Source: Patescibacteria group bacterium (GTDB taxonomy: Bacteria; Patescibacteriota; Microgenomatia; 0-14-0-10-38-17). From it: 64,000 nt of DNA. The DNA lies in the NCBI GenBank assembly GCA_050953885.1, contig JBMNNJ010000001.1:527437-591436 (forward strand). The letters run 5' to 3'. This document shows positions 46,339-54,697 of the stretch, piece by piece; position 1 is the first letter of the stretch; every line of letters starts with the position of its first letter. A program made the position numbers and the translations under genes. Under the pieces are notes generated by a model. That model was not told the origin of the DNA, did no database searches, and saw only the letters and a list, made by a program, of their open reading frames with translations.

Positions 46339-46860
46339 ATGAATAAAGAGGAACTTTTAAAAAAAGTTAAAAATTTTAAAGAGAGCGACAAGGTTGATCT
46401 TTCTTCGAAAGAGGATTTAGCGGTGGCGGTGATGAATCTTATTAGCATCGAGGAGCATCTTTTCTTTACCTACAATAAAACCGGCGATAAGAAATATTTA
46501 GGTTTATTAAAAGAAGTCAGAGAAGGGCGCAAAAAGTATCTGGCCCAGATTGTTAAAAATCCCAAGGGAGAGCTTTGGTGCATTTCCAAGCATTTGTTGA
46601 GCGCTTCGATGAGGTTGATGGAGGTGGGCACCAAGAAATTAAATGAAGGAGAGGAAAAAGAGGCGAAGGAACTTTTTGAAAAAAGTTATGATCTTTGGAA
46701 TATTTTTTGGGGGCTTAACTTAGGCTTAATTGAGGCAAAAGATGTGCTGGCCGAAGAGGATGAGAAAGAAGAGATTAAGCTTGGGGAAGGGAAAAAGGTT
46801 TCCGTTTTTGCCAAATTGGGAGATGTTATCCAAAAAGTTTTGGATTGCTGTCGGGAGTAA
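46339..46860 (+). CDS. hypothetical protein
   Basis: ORF only. Confidence 0.35.
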   Translation: MNKEELLKKVKNFKESDKVDLSSKEDLAVAVMNLISIEEHLFFTYNKTGDKKYLGLLKEVREGRKKYLAQIVKNPKGELWCISKHLLSASMRLMEVGTKKLNEGEEKEAKELFEKSYDLWNIFWGLNLGLIEAKDVLAEEDEKEEIKLGEGKKVSVFAKLGDVIQKVLDCCRE

Positions 46861-47336
46861 AACAAAGTTTAGGTTATCCCCTTTTCCCCTCAATTTTAGT
46901 TTTAAGAATGAAAAGCCCGGTTTGTCAAAGAGATGGTTTCGGTTGCGGCATTGCCTGCCTTGCTTTTATAACCGGCAGGTCCTACGAGAAGATCGCGGAA
47001 GGATTAGATAAAGAAAAAGCCAAAACAGAAGGTTTTTCTTGTCGGGAATTAATTGCTTATTTGAAAAGTTTAGGATACCGGGCGGAGTACCATTATCTTA
47101 ACCAAAAGTGGCGAAAAAAGATTTATCGGGAGAAAGCGATTGTTTTTCTAAAACGAAGCAAAAAATTTCCTTCCGGTCATTATCTTGCTCGCTATCATAC
47201 TTTTTGGATGGATCCTTGGCTTAATTTCTCAAAAGAAAAAAGCTTGGTATTGGCCAAAGCAGGTTTTAGAAAAAGACTGCCGGGAAAGCCAATTTACGGC
47301 ATTTTTGTGACCGGACCGCAGAAAGTGAAAACATAA
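46845..47336 (+). CDS. peptidase C39-like (papain-fold) cysteine protease domain protein
   Basis: 'CQRDGFGCGIACLAFITGRSYEKI...GFSCRELIAYLKSLGY' carries the Gln/Cys catalytic-site pattern of the C39-like family. Confidence 0.45.
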   Translation: MLSGVKQSLGYPLFPSILVLRMKSPVCQRDGFGCGIACLAFITGRSYEKIAEGLDKEKAKTEGFSCRELIAYLKSLGYRAEYHYLNQKWRKKIYREKAIVFLKRSKKFPSGHYLARYHTFWMDPWLNFSKEKSLVLAKAGFRKRLPGKPIYGIFVTGPQKVKT

Positions 47337-47438
47337 TATTCCCAAGAAGACCTATTATTTTGGATCGTTCTGGAGGTTAAGATACGACGTGACGGGGACA
47401 AAATTTATCATGCTGACTTGCCAGCTGGCGGGTCGGCC

Positions 47439-47510
47439 TCTTTGTATAATGTTTAGATCTTGAATCAGGCTCAGAGTCTGCCCTGAATCTAACTCAGGGA
47501 TGACATTTAT
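47439..47510 (+). promoter_or_regulatory. conserved promoter/leader element copy 1 (extended -10 'tTGtATAATg' plus hairpin 'ccctgaatcta.ctcaggga')
   Basis: About 70 nt nearly identical to 53637-53710. Confidence 0.45.
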
Positions 47511-47762
47511 GCCCTAACCGCATAATATTTATACGAAAAATGTCGGCTAAAAATCAAACGAAAAGGAATTGGTGGAGATAAAAACTTCTTGAAGCGGACT
47601 TTATGGCGGGAGTTGTTTTTTAATTTTAAAAGAAATACGCTATTTTTAGCAATGGATAATAATCAGGCTAATTAAGCCGGCCAAATAAATCAGGCGCCGA
47701 GGGAAAATCAGTTTTCAAAGATTCTGGACGGGGCGGGAAGATATCTTTTCGGCCTTTTTCTT

Positions 47763-47978
47763 TTGGCGCTGCCGATGCTGATTATTATTTTGGTGAAGGG
47801 AAAACCTCTTCAATTTTTGTTTTTGGCTGCCTTAACGCCGCCGCTTAACCTTATTGTCGTGCCGCCGATTATTATTGGTTTGTATTTTATGCTTTCCGGC
47901 AAACTAAGGGCACGCTTGGATATCACTCTGCTGATTCTTTACGCCCTTCTTCTTTTTGGACTTGTAAAGCTGGAATAA
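47763..47978 (+). CDS. small membrane protein, hypothetical
   Basis: 71 aa with two TM helices. Confidence 0.25.
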   Translation: MALPMLIIILVKGKPLQFLFLAALTPPLNLIVVPPIIIGLYFMLSGKLRARLDITLLILYALLLFGLVKLE

Positions 47979-47997
47979 AGTGTTTATGCTTCTTGGT

Positions 47998-49365
47998 TTA
48001 GGGTTGATAGAGATCTAAAATCTTCTTGCCGATTTCGGCGTTGAAGCCGGAGAAAGCTTTTTGACCAACAAAAATAATCGGGTAATAACCAAAAGAAGAA
48101 GAAACGCCTTCGCTTTTATTACCAACGGCCTGTTTTTTCTCCTCCAGTTTTTGGGTAAAATCGGCTTCTTCTATAAGATACTCCTCAAAGGGAATATTTT
48201 GGTCCTTGAAAAATTCTTTGGCCTCAAGACACATCGGGCCGCTATTGTTGTGAAACATTAAAACTTCTGCCGCCCCTTCAGCCTCTTCTTTTTCTGGCGC
48301 GGGCGTTTCTTTTGATTCCTCGTTCGTTTTTGGCCAATATTTTCCTACCTCATCGACGGCGCAAGGATTAGCGATATTTTCCTCCTCGTCATAAGAAACA
48401 AGCGGCCTGATTTTTTCCGGTGTATAAGGGGCGGTGCGGTTTTGGGGGATTTGCCAGCCGGGTAAAACTACCACCTCATTCTGGGCCAGCTCATCAATGG
48501 TTACCCACTCCACTTCTTCATTGTCAAAAAAATTCAGCCACATTTGATACCACGGCTTTTTAAGGCCGCCAATATAGGTATGGGAAACCGGAGTAATCTG
48601 GCTCTGCCGAAGGGCCGCCTTAAGCTCCGCCAGCATATCATCCGGCGTTCCTCCCCGCTCGTAGTAACTATAATCGCAAAGACTGCCGTATTTAAATTTA
48701 ATGGAAGGAATGTTAGAGACAGAAACCACTTTGACATCAGGATACTCCTCGGCCTGATAAACCGTGGCTTTGGTGTCGGTGGTGCCCCGGGCAAAAAGAT
48801 AAGGGATACCCAACTCTTGCGCCACTTCGATTGTGGTTAAATCAGTGCCCATATAACGAGCCGAGATAATCCTTAGAGGCTGGCCGGTGCAGGCCTCAAT
48901 GCGTTCTTTCAAGTTAACAATCGCTTTTTTTTGCTCTTCATAGGGTTTATCCCAAAAAGGGGCTTCCAAGCTTGAACCGGCAATTTCTAAATTATAGGGG
49001 AGTAACTTTTTAACATCTTCGCAATTTTTTTCAATAAAATCCGCCCCCACCATTAGATAACCATGAATCCCCCGCCGGTAAAGCTCGTTAACAAAATTAG
49101 CCAAACCAACCGTGTCTTTCATCTCAATTAAAATCATCAGCCCTTTCGGAGGAGGATAAAGCCGCGTCGATGGTGTTGCCTGATAAGTTTTTGCTTCATA
49201 AAGCTCATCTTGACAAAGCGCTAAATCTTTTTTTAAAGAAGCCAAGGCGGAGGAAGAAAAAAGACCGGTGATTAAAAAGATCAGCAAAAGGCAAAGAAGG
49301 ATAATTTCTTTTTGTTCTTTTTCCATTTCTGCTTTCAGTTTAACATTTATTTTTCCCTTTGCCAA
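47998..49365 (-). CDS. exported or membrane-anchored protein with C-terminal glutaredoxin-like domain; possible divergent polysaccharide deacetylase fold
   Basis: N-terminal TM; C-terminus 'VLMFHNNSGPMCLEAKEFFKDQNIPFEEYLIEE' is thioredoxin-fold-like with a single Cys. Confidence 0.35.
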   Translation of the reverse strand: MAKGKINVKLKAEMEKEQKEIILLCLLLIFLITGLFSSSALASLKKDLALCQDELYEAKTYQATPSTRLYPPPKGLMILIEMKDTVGLANFVNELYRRGIHGYLMVGADFIEKNCEDVKKLLPYNLEIAGSSLEAPFWDKPYEEQKKAIVNLKERIEACTGQPLRIISARYMGTDLTTIEVAQELGIPYLFARGTTDTKATVYQAEEYPDVKVVSVSNIPSIKFKYGSLCDYSYYERGGTPDDMLAELKAALRQSQITPVSHTYIGGLKKPWYQMWLNFFDNEEVEWVTIDELAQNEVVVLPGWQIPQNRTAPYTPEKIRPLVSYDEEENIANPCAVDEVGKYWPKTNEESKETPAPEKEEAEGAAEVLMFHNNSGPMCLEAKEFFKDQNIPFEEYLIEEADFTQKLEEKKQAVGNKSEGVSSSFGYYPIIFVGQKAFSGFNAEIGKKILDLYQP

Positions 49366-49458
49366 ATTACGCCGGCGCCGGCAATAGGGGGGCTCACCGT
49401 CCGTGGCAATTTAACAATTTATTCGTCATTTTCCATTCCAGTAAGCTATAATATAGAT

Positions 49459-49716
49459 ATGAAAAAATTAGCGCCTCTTTTTAAAGAAAAGCCCTATCTT
49501 GCCTGGGATGTAAAAGATAAGGGGGGTTTATCGGAAAAAAGTATTTTAGAACATATTTTAAATTACGGCAATTGGGACGACTATTTGGCGGCCGAAAAAA
49601 CTTTTGGTTTAAAAAAAACCAAAGCTTTCTATGAGGAGCTTAAAAACAAAAAAAGAGTTAACTTAAGGCCGCAGACCATCAATTATTTTGATTTATACTT
49701 TAAAAAATATGCATGA
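49459..49716 (+). CDS. small protein, putative partner (antitoxin-like) of the downstream nucleotidyltransferase
   Basis: Overlaps the downstream gene by 8 nt; start taken at internal ATG. Confidence 0.3.
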   Translation: MKKLAPLFKEKPYLAWDVKDKGGLSEKSILEHILNYGNWDDYLAAEKTFGLKKTKAFYEELKNKKRVNLRPQTINYFDLYFKKYA

Positions 49717-50320
49717 GGAAGTGCTTTCAGAAAAGCAAAAAAAACTTTTACCGCTTTTAAAAAGCTTCTCGGACAACTTTGGCTTGGTGGGCGGCACCGC
49801 CGTTGCCCTACAAATAGGCCACCGCCGCTCAATCGATTTTGACCTTTTTACTCTTAAAAAACTGGCGGGCGAAAATATTCGCGAGATTGTTAGGGAAAAA
49901 TACCCGATTCAGGAAATTATTACTGATGAGCCTAATGAACTTTCCCTGGCCGTTGAGGATGTAAAAATTACTTTTCTCAAGTATCCTTTTAAGATCAAAT
50001 TTTCCAAACCGTTTAAAGATATTATTAGCTGTCCTGACCTTCTCACTCTGGGGGCCATGAAAGCTTTTAGCTTAGGCCGGCGGGCGAAGTGGAAAGACTA
50101 TGTTGACCTTTATTTTATCTTTAAAAGCATCTCATTTGCCCAAATTGCCAAAAAAGCCCAAGTCCTGTTTGGAGGGGAATTTAACGAAAAGCTTTTTCGC
50201 GAGCAATTGGCTTATTTTGAAGACATTGATTATTCGGAAACAATTGACTATATGAGGGGGTTTGAAACAGAGGAGAAAGCCATAAAAGAAGAGTTAAAAA
50301 GGGTAAGTCTTCAGCGATAA
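49709..50320 (+). CDS. AbiEii/AbiGii-family nucleotidyltransferase (type IV toxin-like)
   Basis: 'FGLVGGTAVALQIGHRRSIDFDLFT' matches the DUF1814/AbiEii N-terminal motif. Confidence 0.55.
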   Translation: MHEEVLSEKQKKLLPLLKSFSDNFGLVGGTAVALQIGHRRSIDFDLFTLKKLAGENIREIVREKYPIQEIITDEPNELSLAVEDVKITFLKYPFKIKFSKPFKDIISCPDLLTLGAMKAFSLGRRAKWKDYVDLYFIFKSISFAQIAKKAQVLFGGEFNEKLFREQLAYFEDIDYSETIDYMRGFETEEKAIKEELKRVSLQR

Positions 50321-50586
50321 GAGAACCACCTTGTTAACAAATTACACCTCTGGTAATAAAAACTGGTTCTTCCCGCTTATACCAACATCGCCACGAATAT
50401 TCTCACTCTCCCGCACTAAATTGCTATATAGCAATTTAGTCTTTGAATAAGTTAAAACACACCCGTAAATAATATTGCTATCGCAAAAGTACTTAACTTA
50501 TACAAGGGCTTGACAAACCGCCTCCTTGTTGTTATTATGAATAAGTATTCACTATATTATTTAATAACAAAAGGAGGTGAGGAAAG

Positions 50587-50832
50587 ATGCCAGGATTTGA
50601 CGGCACCGGCCCAACAGGAACAGGTCCACTTACCGGCCGGGGTTTCGGCCCTTGCGGTTTGGGTTTGGGCTGGAGGAAAAGATTTGGCGCGGGGCGAGGC
50701 TTGGGAAGATATTTCCGCTGGAGTTGGCCCACTACCCGCGAGGACCAGGAAAAAGCTCTTGCCGATTACAAGAAAGCGCTTGAAGAAGAAATGGAAGATG
50801 TGGAAAAGGAACTTGCTGACTTGCAAAAGTAA
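50587..50832 (+). CDS. DUF5320-like glycine-rich small protein
   Basis: 'MPGFDGTGPTGTGPLTGRGFGPCG' plus C-terminal coiled coil; perfect SD 'aaaggaggtgagg'. Confidence 0.5.
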   Translation: MPGFDGTGPTGTGPLTGRGFGPCGLGLGWRKRFGAGRGLGRYFRWSWPTTREDQEKALADYKKALEEEMEDVEKELADLQK

Positions 50833-50920
50833 GCGCTGAGAATAAAGTCCCTACCTTGTCTGGTTTTTTTATCCTAAATAGCCCAAGGTAGGGACTTACC
50901 GTATTATAATATAGTTAATT

Positions 50921-51199
50921 ATGCCCAGAAGAAAAATTCCCCGCCGTGTTCGGTTTAAACCAAATGTTTATTATTTTAAACCCCAAGGGATTCCCCTGCG
51001 GTTTCTTGAAGAGATCGTCTTATTCCCCGATGAGCTTGAGGCTTTAAAACTCTACGAAGTTGACGGCTTGGCGCAAACCGCCGCGGCTAAAAAAATGAAA
51101 ATATCTCAGCCGACCTTTGCCAGAATATTAGAAAGCGCCAATAAAAAAATTGCCCAGGCGATCATTGCGGGAAAAGCAATTAGAATCGAAGAAAAATGA
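50921..51199 (+). CDS. DUF134/UPF0251 predicted DNA-binding protein
   Basis: 'PRRVRFKP.VYYFKPQGIPL..LEEIVL..DELEALKLYEVDGL.Q..AAKKM.ISQPTFARIL' sigma-region-4-like HTH. Confidence 0.55.
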   Translation: MPRRKIPRRVRFKPNVYYFKPQGIPLRFLEEIVLFPDELEALKLYEVDGLAQTAAAKKMKISQPTFARILESANKKIAQAIIAGKAIRIEEK

Positions 51200-52317
51200 A
51201 AAAGAAATTACTTGCTTTTCTTTTCCTATTGCCGGCCTTTTTTTCTCTTAGCGGCGCTCTTGTTTTTGCCCAAGGTGAAGGGGTTAGTCAACCGCCCCAA
51301 GAAGAAACCCTTGAAGCGGTGGTAGAAAAAATAGCGGAAGAAAAACAGATTAAGCCTTTAGGGGCAGAAAACTTTCAGCTTTATCAAAAACTGGAACTTT
51401 TGGTCACGAAAGGCTCTTTAAAAGATAAGAAAATTATTGTTGAAAACGGCAATTTGCCGGCGGCCAATAGCTTAAGGTATAAGGTTGGCGACAAGGTAAT
51501 GGTTAGTTTTAACAAGGATTTTGAGGGCAACGACAGTTTTTATATCACGGATTATATCAGGCGGGAATCATTGGCTTGGCTTTTCTTAATCTTTGCCGTC
51601 TTGGCGATCGTTGTTGCCAGAGGACGCGGGGTGGCCTCAATTATTGGTATGGGGGTTTCCTTTTTGATTATTTTTGTCTTTATTCTTCCCAAAATTGCTA
51701 CGGGCAAAAATCCAGTTTTGATCGTTATTTTAGGCTCGTTGGTGATTATCCCCATCACTTTTTTCCTTTCCCATGGTTTTAATAAAAAAACCTTAGTCGC
51801 CATGGGTGGAACGCTGATTGCCCTAATTATTACCGGAATTTTGGCTAATATTTTTGTGGAAGCCGCCAAACTCACCGGTTTTGCCTCTGAAGAAGCAGGG
51901 TTTTTACAAGTGGCCAAAGGGGGAGTAATTAACATGAAAGGTCTTCTTTTGGCCGGAATTATCATCGGCCTTTTGGGGGTTCTGGACGACGTGACCGTTT
52001 CTCAGGCGGCGATTGTTTTTCAACTTAAAGAAGCCAATAACAGACTGAAATTTAACCAGCTTTACCAGCGGGCGATGAGGGTGGGGCAGGATCATATTGC
52101 CTCAATGATTAACACCCTTATTTTAGTTTACGCCGGCGCTTCCTTGCCGCTCCTGCTTCTTTTTATTGACAGCCCTCGCCCTTTTTTAGAAGTAGTTAAT
52201 TATGAAATTATTGCCGACGAGGTGGTCCGCACCTTGGTGGGCAGTATTGGCCTTATCTTAGCCGTCCCTCTTACCACCCTCATTGCTTCTTTAGCGGTAA
52301 GCGCGGAAAAAAAATAA
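51196..52317 (+). CDS. YibE/F-like polytopic membrane protein
   Basis: Signal peptide, about 110-aa N-terminal domain, then about 7 TM helices; overlaps DUF134 gene by 4 nt. Confidence 0.4.
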   Translation: MKKKLLAFLFLLPAFFSLSGALVFAQGEGVSQPPQEETLEAVVEKIAEEKQIKPLGAENFQLYQKLELLVTKGSLKDKKIIVENGNLPAANSLRYKVGDKVMVSFNKDFEGNDSFYITDYIRRESLAWLFLIFAVLAIVVARGRGVASIIGMGVSFLIIFVFILPKIATGKNPVLIVILGSLVIIPITFFLSHGFNKKTLVAMGGTLIALIITGILANIFVEAAKLTGFASEEAGFLQVAKGGVINMKGLLLAGIIIGLLGVLDDVTVSQAAIVFQLKEANNRLKFNQLYQRAMRVGQDHIASMINTLILVYAGASLPLLLLFIDSPRPFLEVVNYEIIADEVVRTLVGSIGLILAVPLTTLIASLAVSAEKK

Positions 52318-52510
52318 GAAGTTCTTAAGTTTTTCTTCTCTGGCAATGAGCTCTCCTGCCACGCCCGCCGGTATTTCTTCCTTAAGCTAATACTGATTAC
52401 TAATCCCTACATTTTAGGTAAGCAAAACTTCAGGGGCAAAATTTTAACCAAAATTAAAATTGGAAATTTTGCGTTTTAAAAGCTTTAGGTTTAAAATAGG
52501 CTTTTTGAAC

Positions 52511-53113
52511 ATGAACGAAAGACGAATTGGCCACCAAGAACGACCGATTACTAACGAAATCCTCTGGAAAGAAAGGGCTTTTTTTGCTCGTCGCGTTTTA
52601 GGGCAAGGAGGCACTTTTGTTGGCGTTGGCCGACCGGAAAAAGTTTATCAGCAGGGAAAAATTTTAATGGCAACTCAAATTTTTGGCTGTGACTTAGACG
52701 AAAAAATTTTAACCGAATACCGAAAGTTTGCCCGTCTTAAAAGCAACTTTAGTTTTTTGGAAGGCGACATTTTAGCCGAAAAACAAAAAGAAGCGATTAG
52801 GCAATTAAGAGAAAGCCATGCTCCTTTAGTGGTTGATTTTGCAAATCTTTTTAACTGGGAGCAAAAATCGCCGAAAAAATTGTTAGATTTTTGTTGTCAA
52901 GTTAAGCCAGAAATGATCTTTTTAAGCGATTTTCCCAACGGTCCTCTCTTTGCCGCCGTAGAAAAATCTTTACCAGCAAATAGCTCTTTTCGGGGCTTGC
53001 TCGAAGAAGATTTTGACCCCCGTTCTTGCCCAAAAGCCGCTTTTTCTCTGCGCGCCATAGCCTTACCTTTAGAAAATAACTTTATAGAAAAAGTGGCCGC
53101 CTTGGTGGATTAA
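52511..53113 (+). CDS. hypothetical protein
   Basis: ORF, start at internal ATG; no motif. Confidence 0.3.
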   Translation: MNERRIGHQERPITNEILWKERAFFARRVLGQGGTFVGVGRPEKVYQQGKILMATQIFGCDLDEKILTEYRKFARLKSNFSFLEGDILAEKQKEAIRQLRESHAPLVVDFANLFNWEQKSPKKLLDFCCQVKPEMIFLSDFPNGPLFAAVEKSLPANSSFRGLLEEDFDPRSCPKAAFSLRAIALPLENNFIEKVAALVD

Positions 53114-53636
53114 GAAAAAACAGCTTAGGGGTGGTTTGTTGTTAGCTTCGAAGATAAAAATTATCAGGGGAATAACTGTTATTTCAGGAAGGTAAAATTT
53201 CAAAAAGGACAAAAGCGCTCCCACAGCATACTTGTTTTTCAAAGCCTCCTCGTCAACTTCCACCAAATTTTCTGCCAGCAAGCCTTTGAAAATTAATTCG
53301 TCGGAGAATGTTTGTCCAAAAAGTGTCTCCCAACTGAAAAGACTGGTAAGCACCTTGAAGTTTCCTTTTTCCAAAGGAGAAAAAATCCAAATTAGCGGGG
53401 AAAATGAAGTTTCCCGCGGCCGCGTTTTTCCGTCTTGGGCTTATCCGGTCGGAGGCGGGCTGATAGTGGCGGGCTTGGCTTTTATTTTGATAAAATATCG
53501 AAAAAGCAAAGTGGTGAAAGCGCTTGGGAAGGCGGCAAGAGGTGAATTGCTATTTCCCCCTCTGGCAAAAAAGGCTAAAGTATTTAAAAATAATTAAACG
53601 AAACTTACATAGTTTGTTATGTTGAATTCAACTCAG

Positions 53637-53710
53637 CATCTTTGTATAATGTTTCAGATTCTGAACGAAGTTCAGGGCCTGCCCTGAATCTAATTCAGGG
53701 ATAAAATTTA
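53637..53710 (+). promoter_or_regulatory. conserved promoter/leader element copy 2, upstream of the MazG-like gene
   Basis: 'ctttgtataatgtttcagattctgaacgaagttcagggcctgccctgaatctaattcaggga'. Confidence 0.45.
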
Positions 53711-53729
53711 TGTTCCAATAATAAAAACG

Positions 53730-54059
53730 ATGGACTTTAGAGACTATCAAAAGCTTTCCCGCAAAACGGCCATTTATCCCCAAAAAGGGAAAAACTTTAT
53801 CTACCCTACTCTAGGCCTGGCTGGTGAAGCCGGCGAGGTGGCGGAGAAAATTAAAAAAGTTTTAAGGGATAATCAGGGGATTATTGACCAACCCAAAAAA
53901 GAGGAAATTGCCAAGGAGTTAGGGGATGTGCTTTGGTATCTGGCGCAAATTGCCACCGAGTTGGGCCTTTCGCTGGAGGAAGTGGCGAAGGGCAATCTTA
54001 AGAAACTAAGTTCAAGGCAAAAAAGAAAGCGGCTTTCTGGAAGCGGAGATAATCGTTAG
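53730..54059 (+). CDS. MazG-like nucleotide pyrophosphohydrolase
   Basis: 'FRDYQKLSRKTAIYP...LGLAGEAGEVAEKIKK...ELGDVLWYLAQIA' MazG/EEXXE motifs. Confidence 0.65.
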   Translation: MDFRDYQKLSRKTAIYPQKGKNFIYPTLGLAGEAGEVAEKIKKVLRDNQGIIDQPKKEEIAKELGDVLWYLAQIATELGLSLEEVAKGNLKKLSSRQKRKRLSGSGDNR

Positions 54060-54350
54060 GCTCTTGACAAATACTATTTGACGGGGCCACCAGGACAACA
54101 GAGCGCCGCCTCTTTTTTATCGGTAAACCAGCCTACCCTAGTTCTTTGACGCGGAGTAAACCGCTGCCCACCAGCATCACCTCGCCTTCGGCGCAGGAAG
54201 CCAGTGTCGGCAATTACATCCAAAACATTAAGGGTAATTATGCTGATTAATTTAAAAAGATGGCCTTAAATTGGCGGTTGATTTCCGATGGGTGTTTGGG
54301 ATAGAATAAAAAGCAATTAGTTAGAAGTTAAAGGAGGTGAAATAATAAAA

Positions 54351-54608
54351 ATGAGTTATAACTTAACAAGCGATGCGGAAAAGCAAACGGAGGAGGCCAA
54401 AAACTTGGCGCGCGCCAGGCAGTCTTTAATTGAAGAGCTTGACGCCATTAATGTTTATGAAGAGCGTTTTCAGGCCAGCAATGACGAAGAATTAAAGAGA
54501 ATTCTGGCGCATAATCGTGATGAGGAAAAAGAGCACGCGGCGATGCTGGTTGAATATCTAAAAGAAAAAGACGCGACTTTCAAGAGGATGTTTGAAGAGC
54601 ATGACTAA
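54351..54608 (+). CDS. small ferritin-like (EExxH) protein
   Basis: 'LIEELDAINVYEER...RDEEKEHAAMLVEYL'; perfect SD 'taaaggaggtgaaa'. Confidence 0.3.
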   Translation: MSYNLTSDAEKQTEEAKNLARARQSLIEELDAINVYEERFQASNDEELKRILAHNRDEEKEHAAMLVEYLKEKDATFKRMFEEHD

Positions 54609-54697
54609 AACTTAAAAAGAGATTTGTTTCTCTTAAAGCTTGCTTAAAAAGGGGGAACGTTTTTAAAAAACAATTAGAGTTTTATTAAAGGTTAGTT

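Noticed and set aside
53069-53597. Overlapping ORFs 53069-53374(-) and 53232-53597(+)
   Set aside because: They are mutually exclusive and neither has a recognisable motif or a clear RBS. The region may instead be the 3' end or UTR of the 52.5-kb gene plus the promoter-leader element. Left unannotated.
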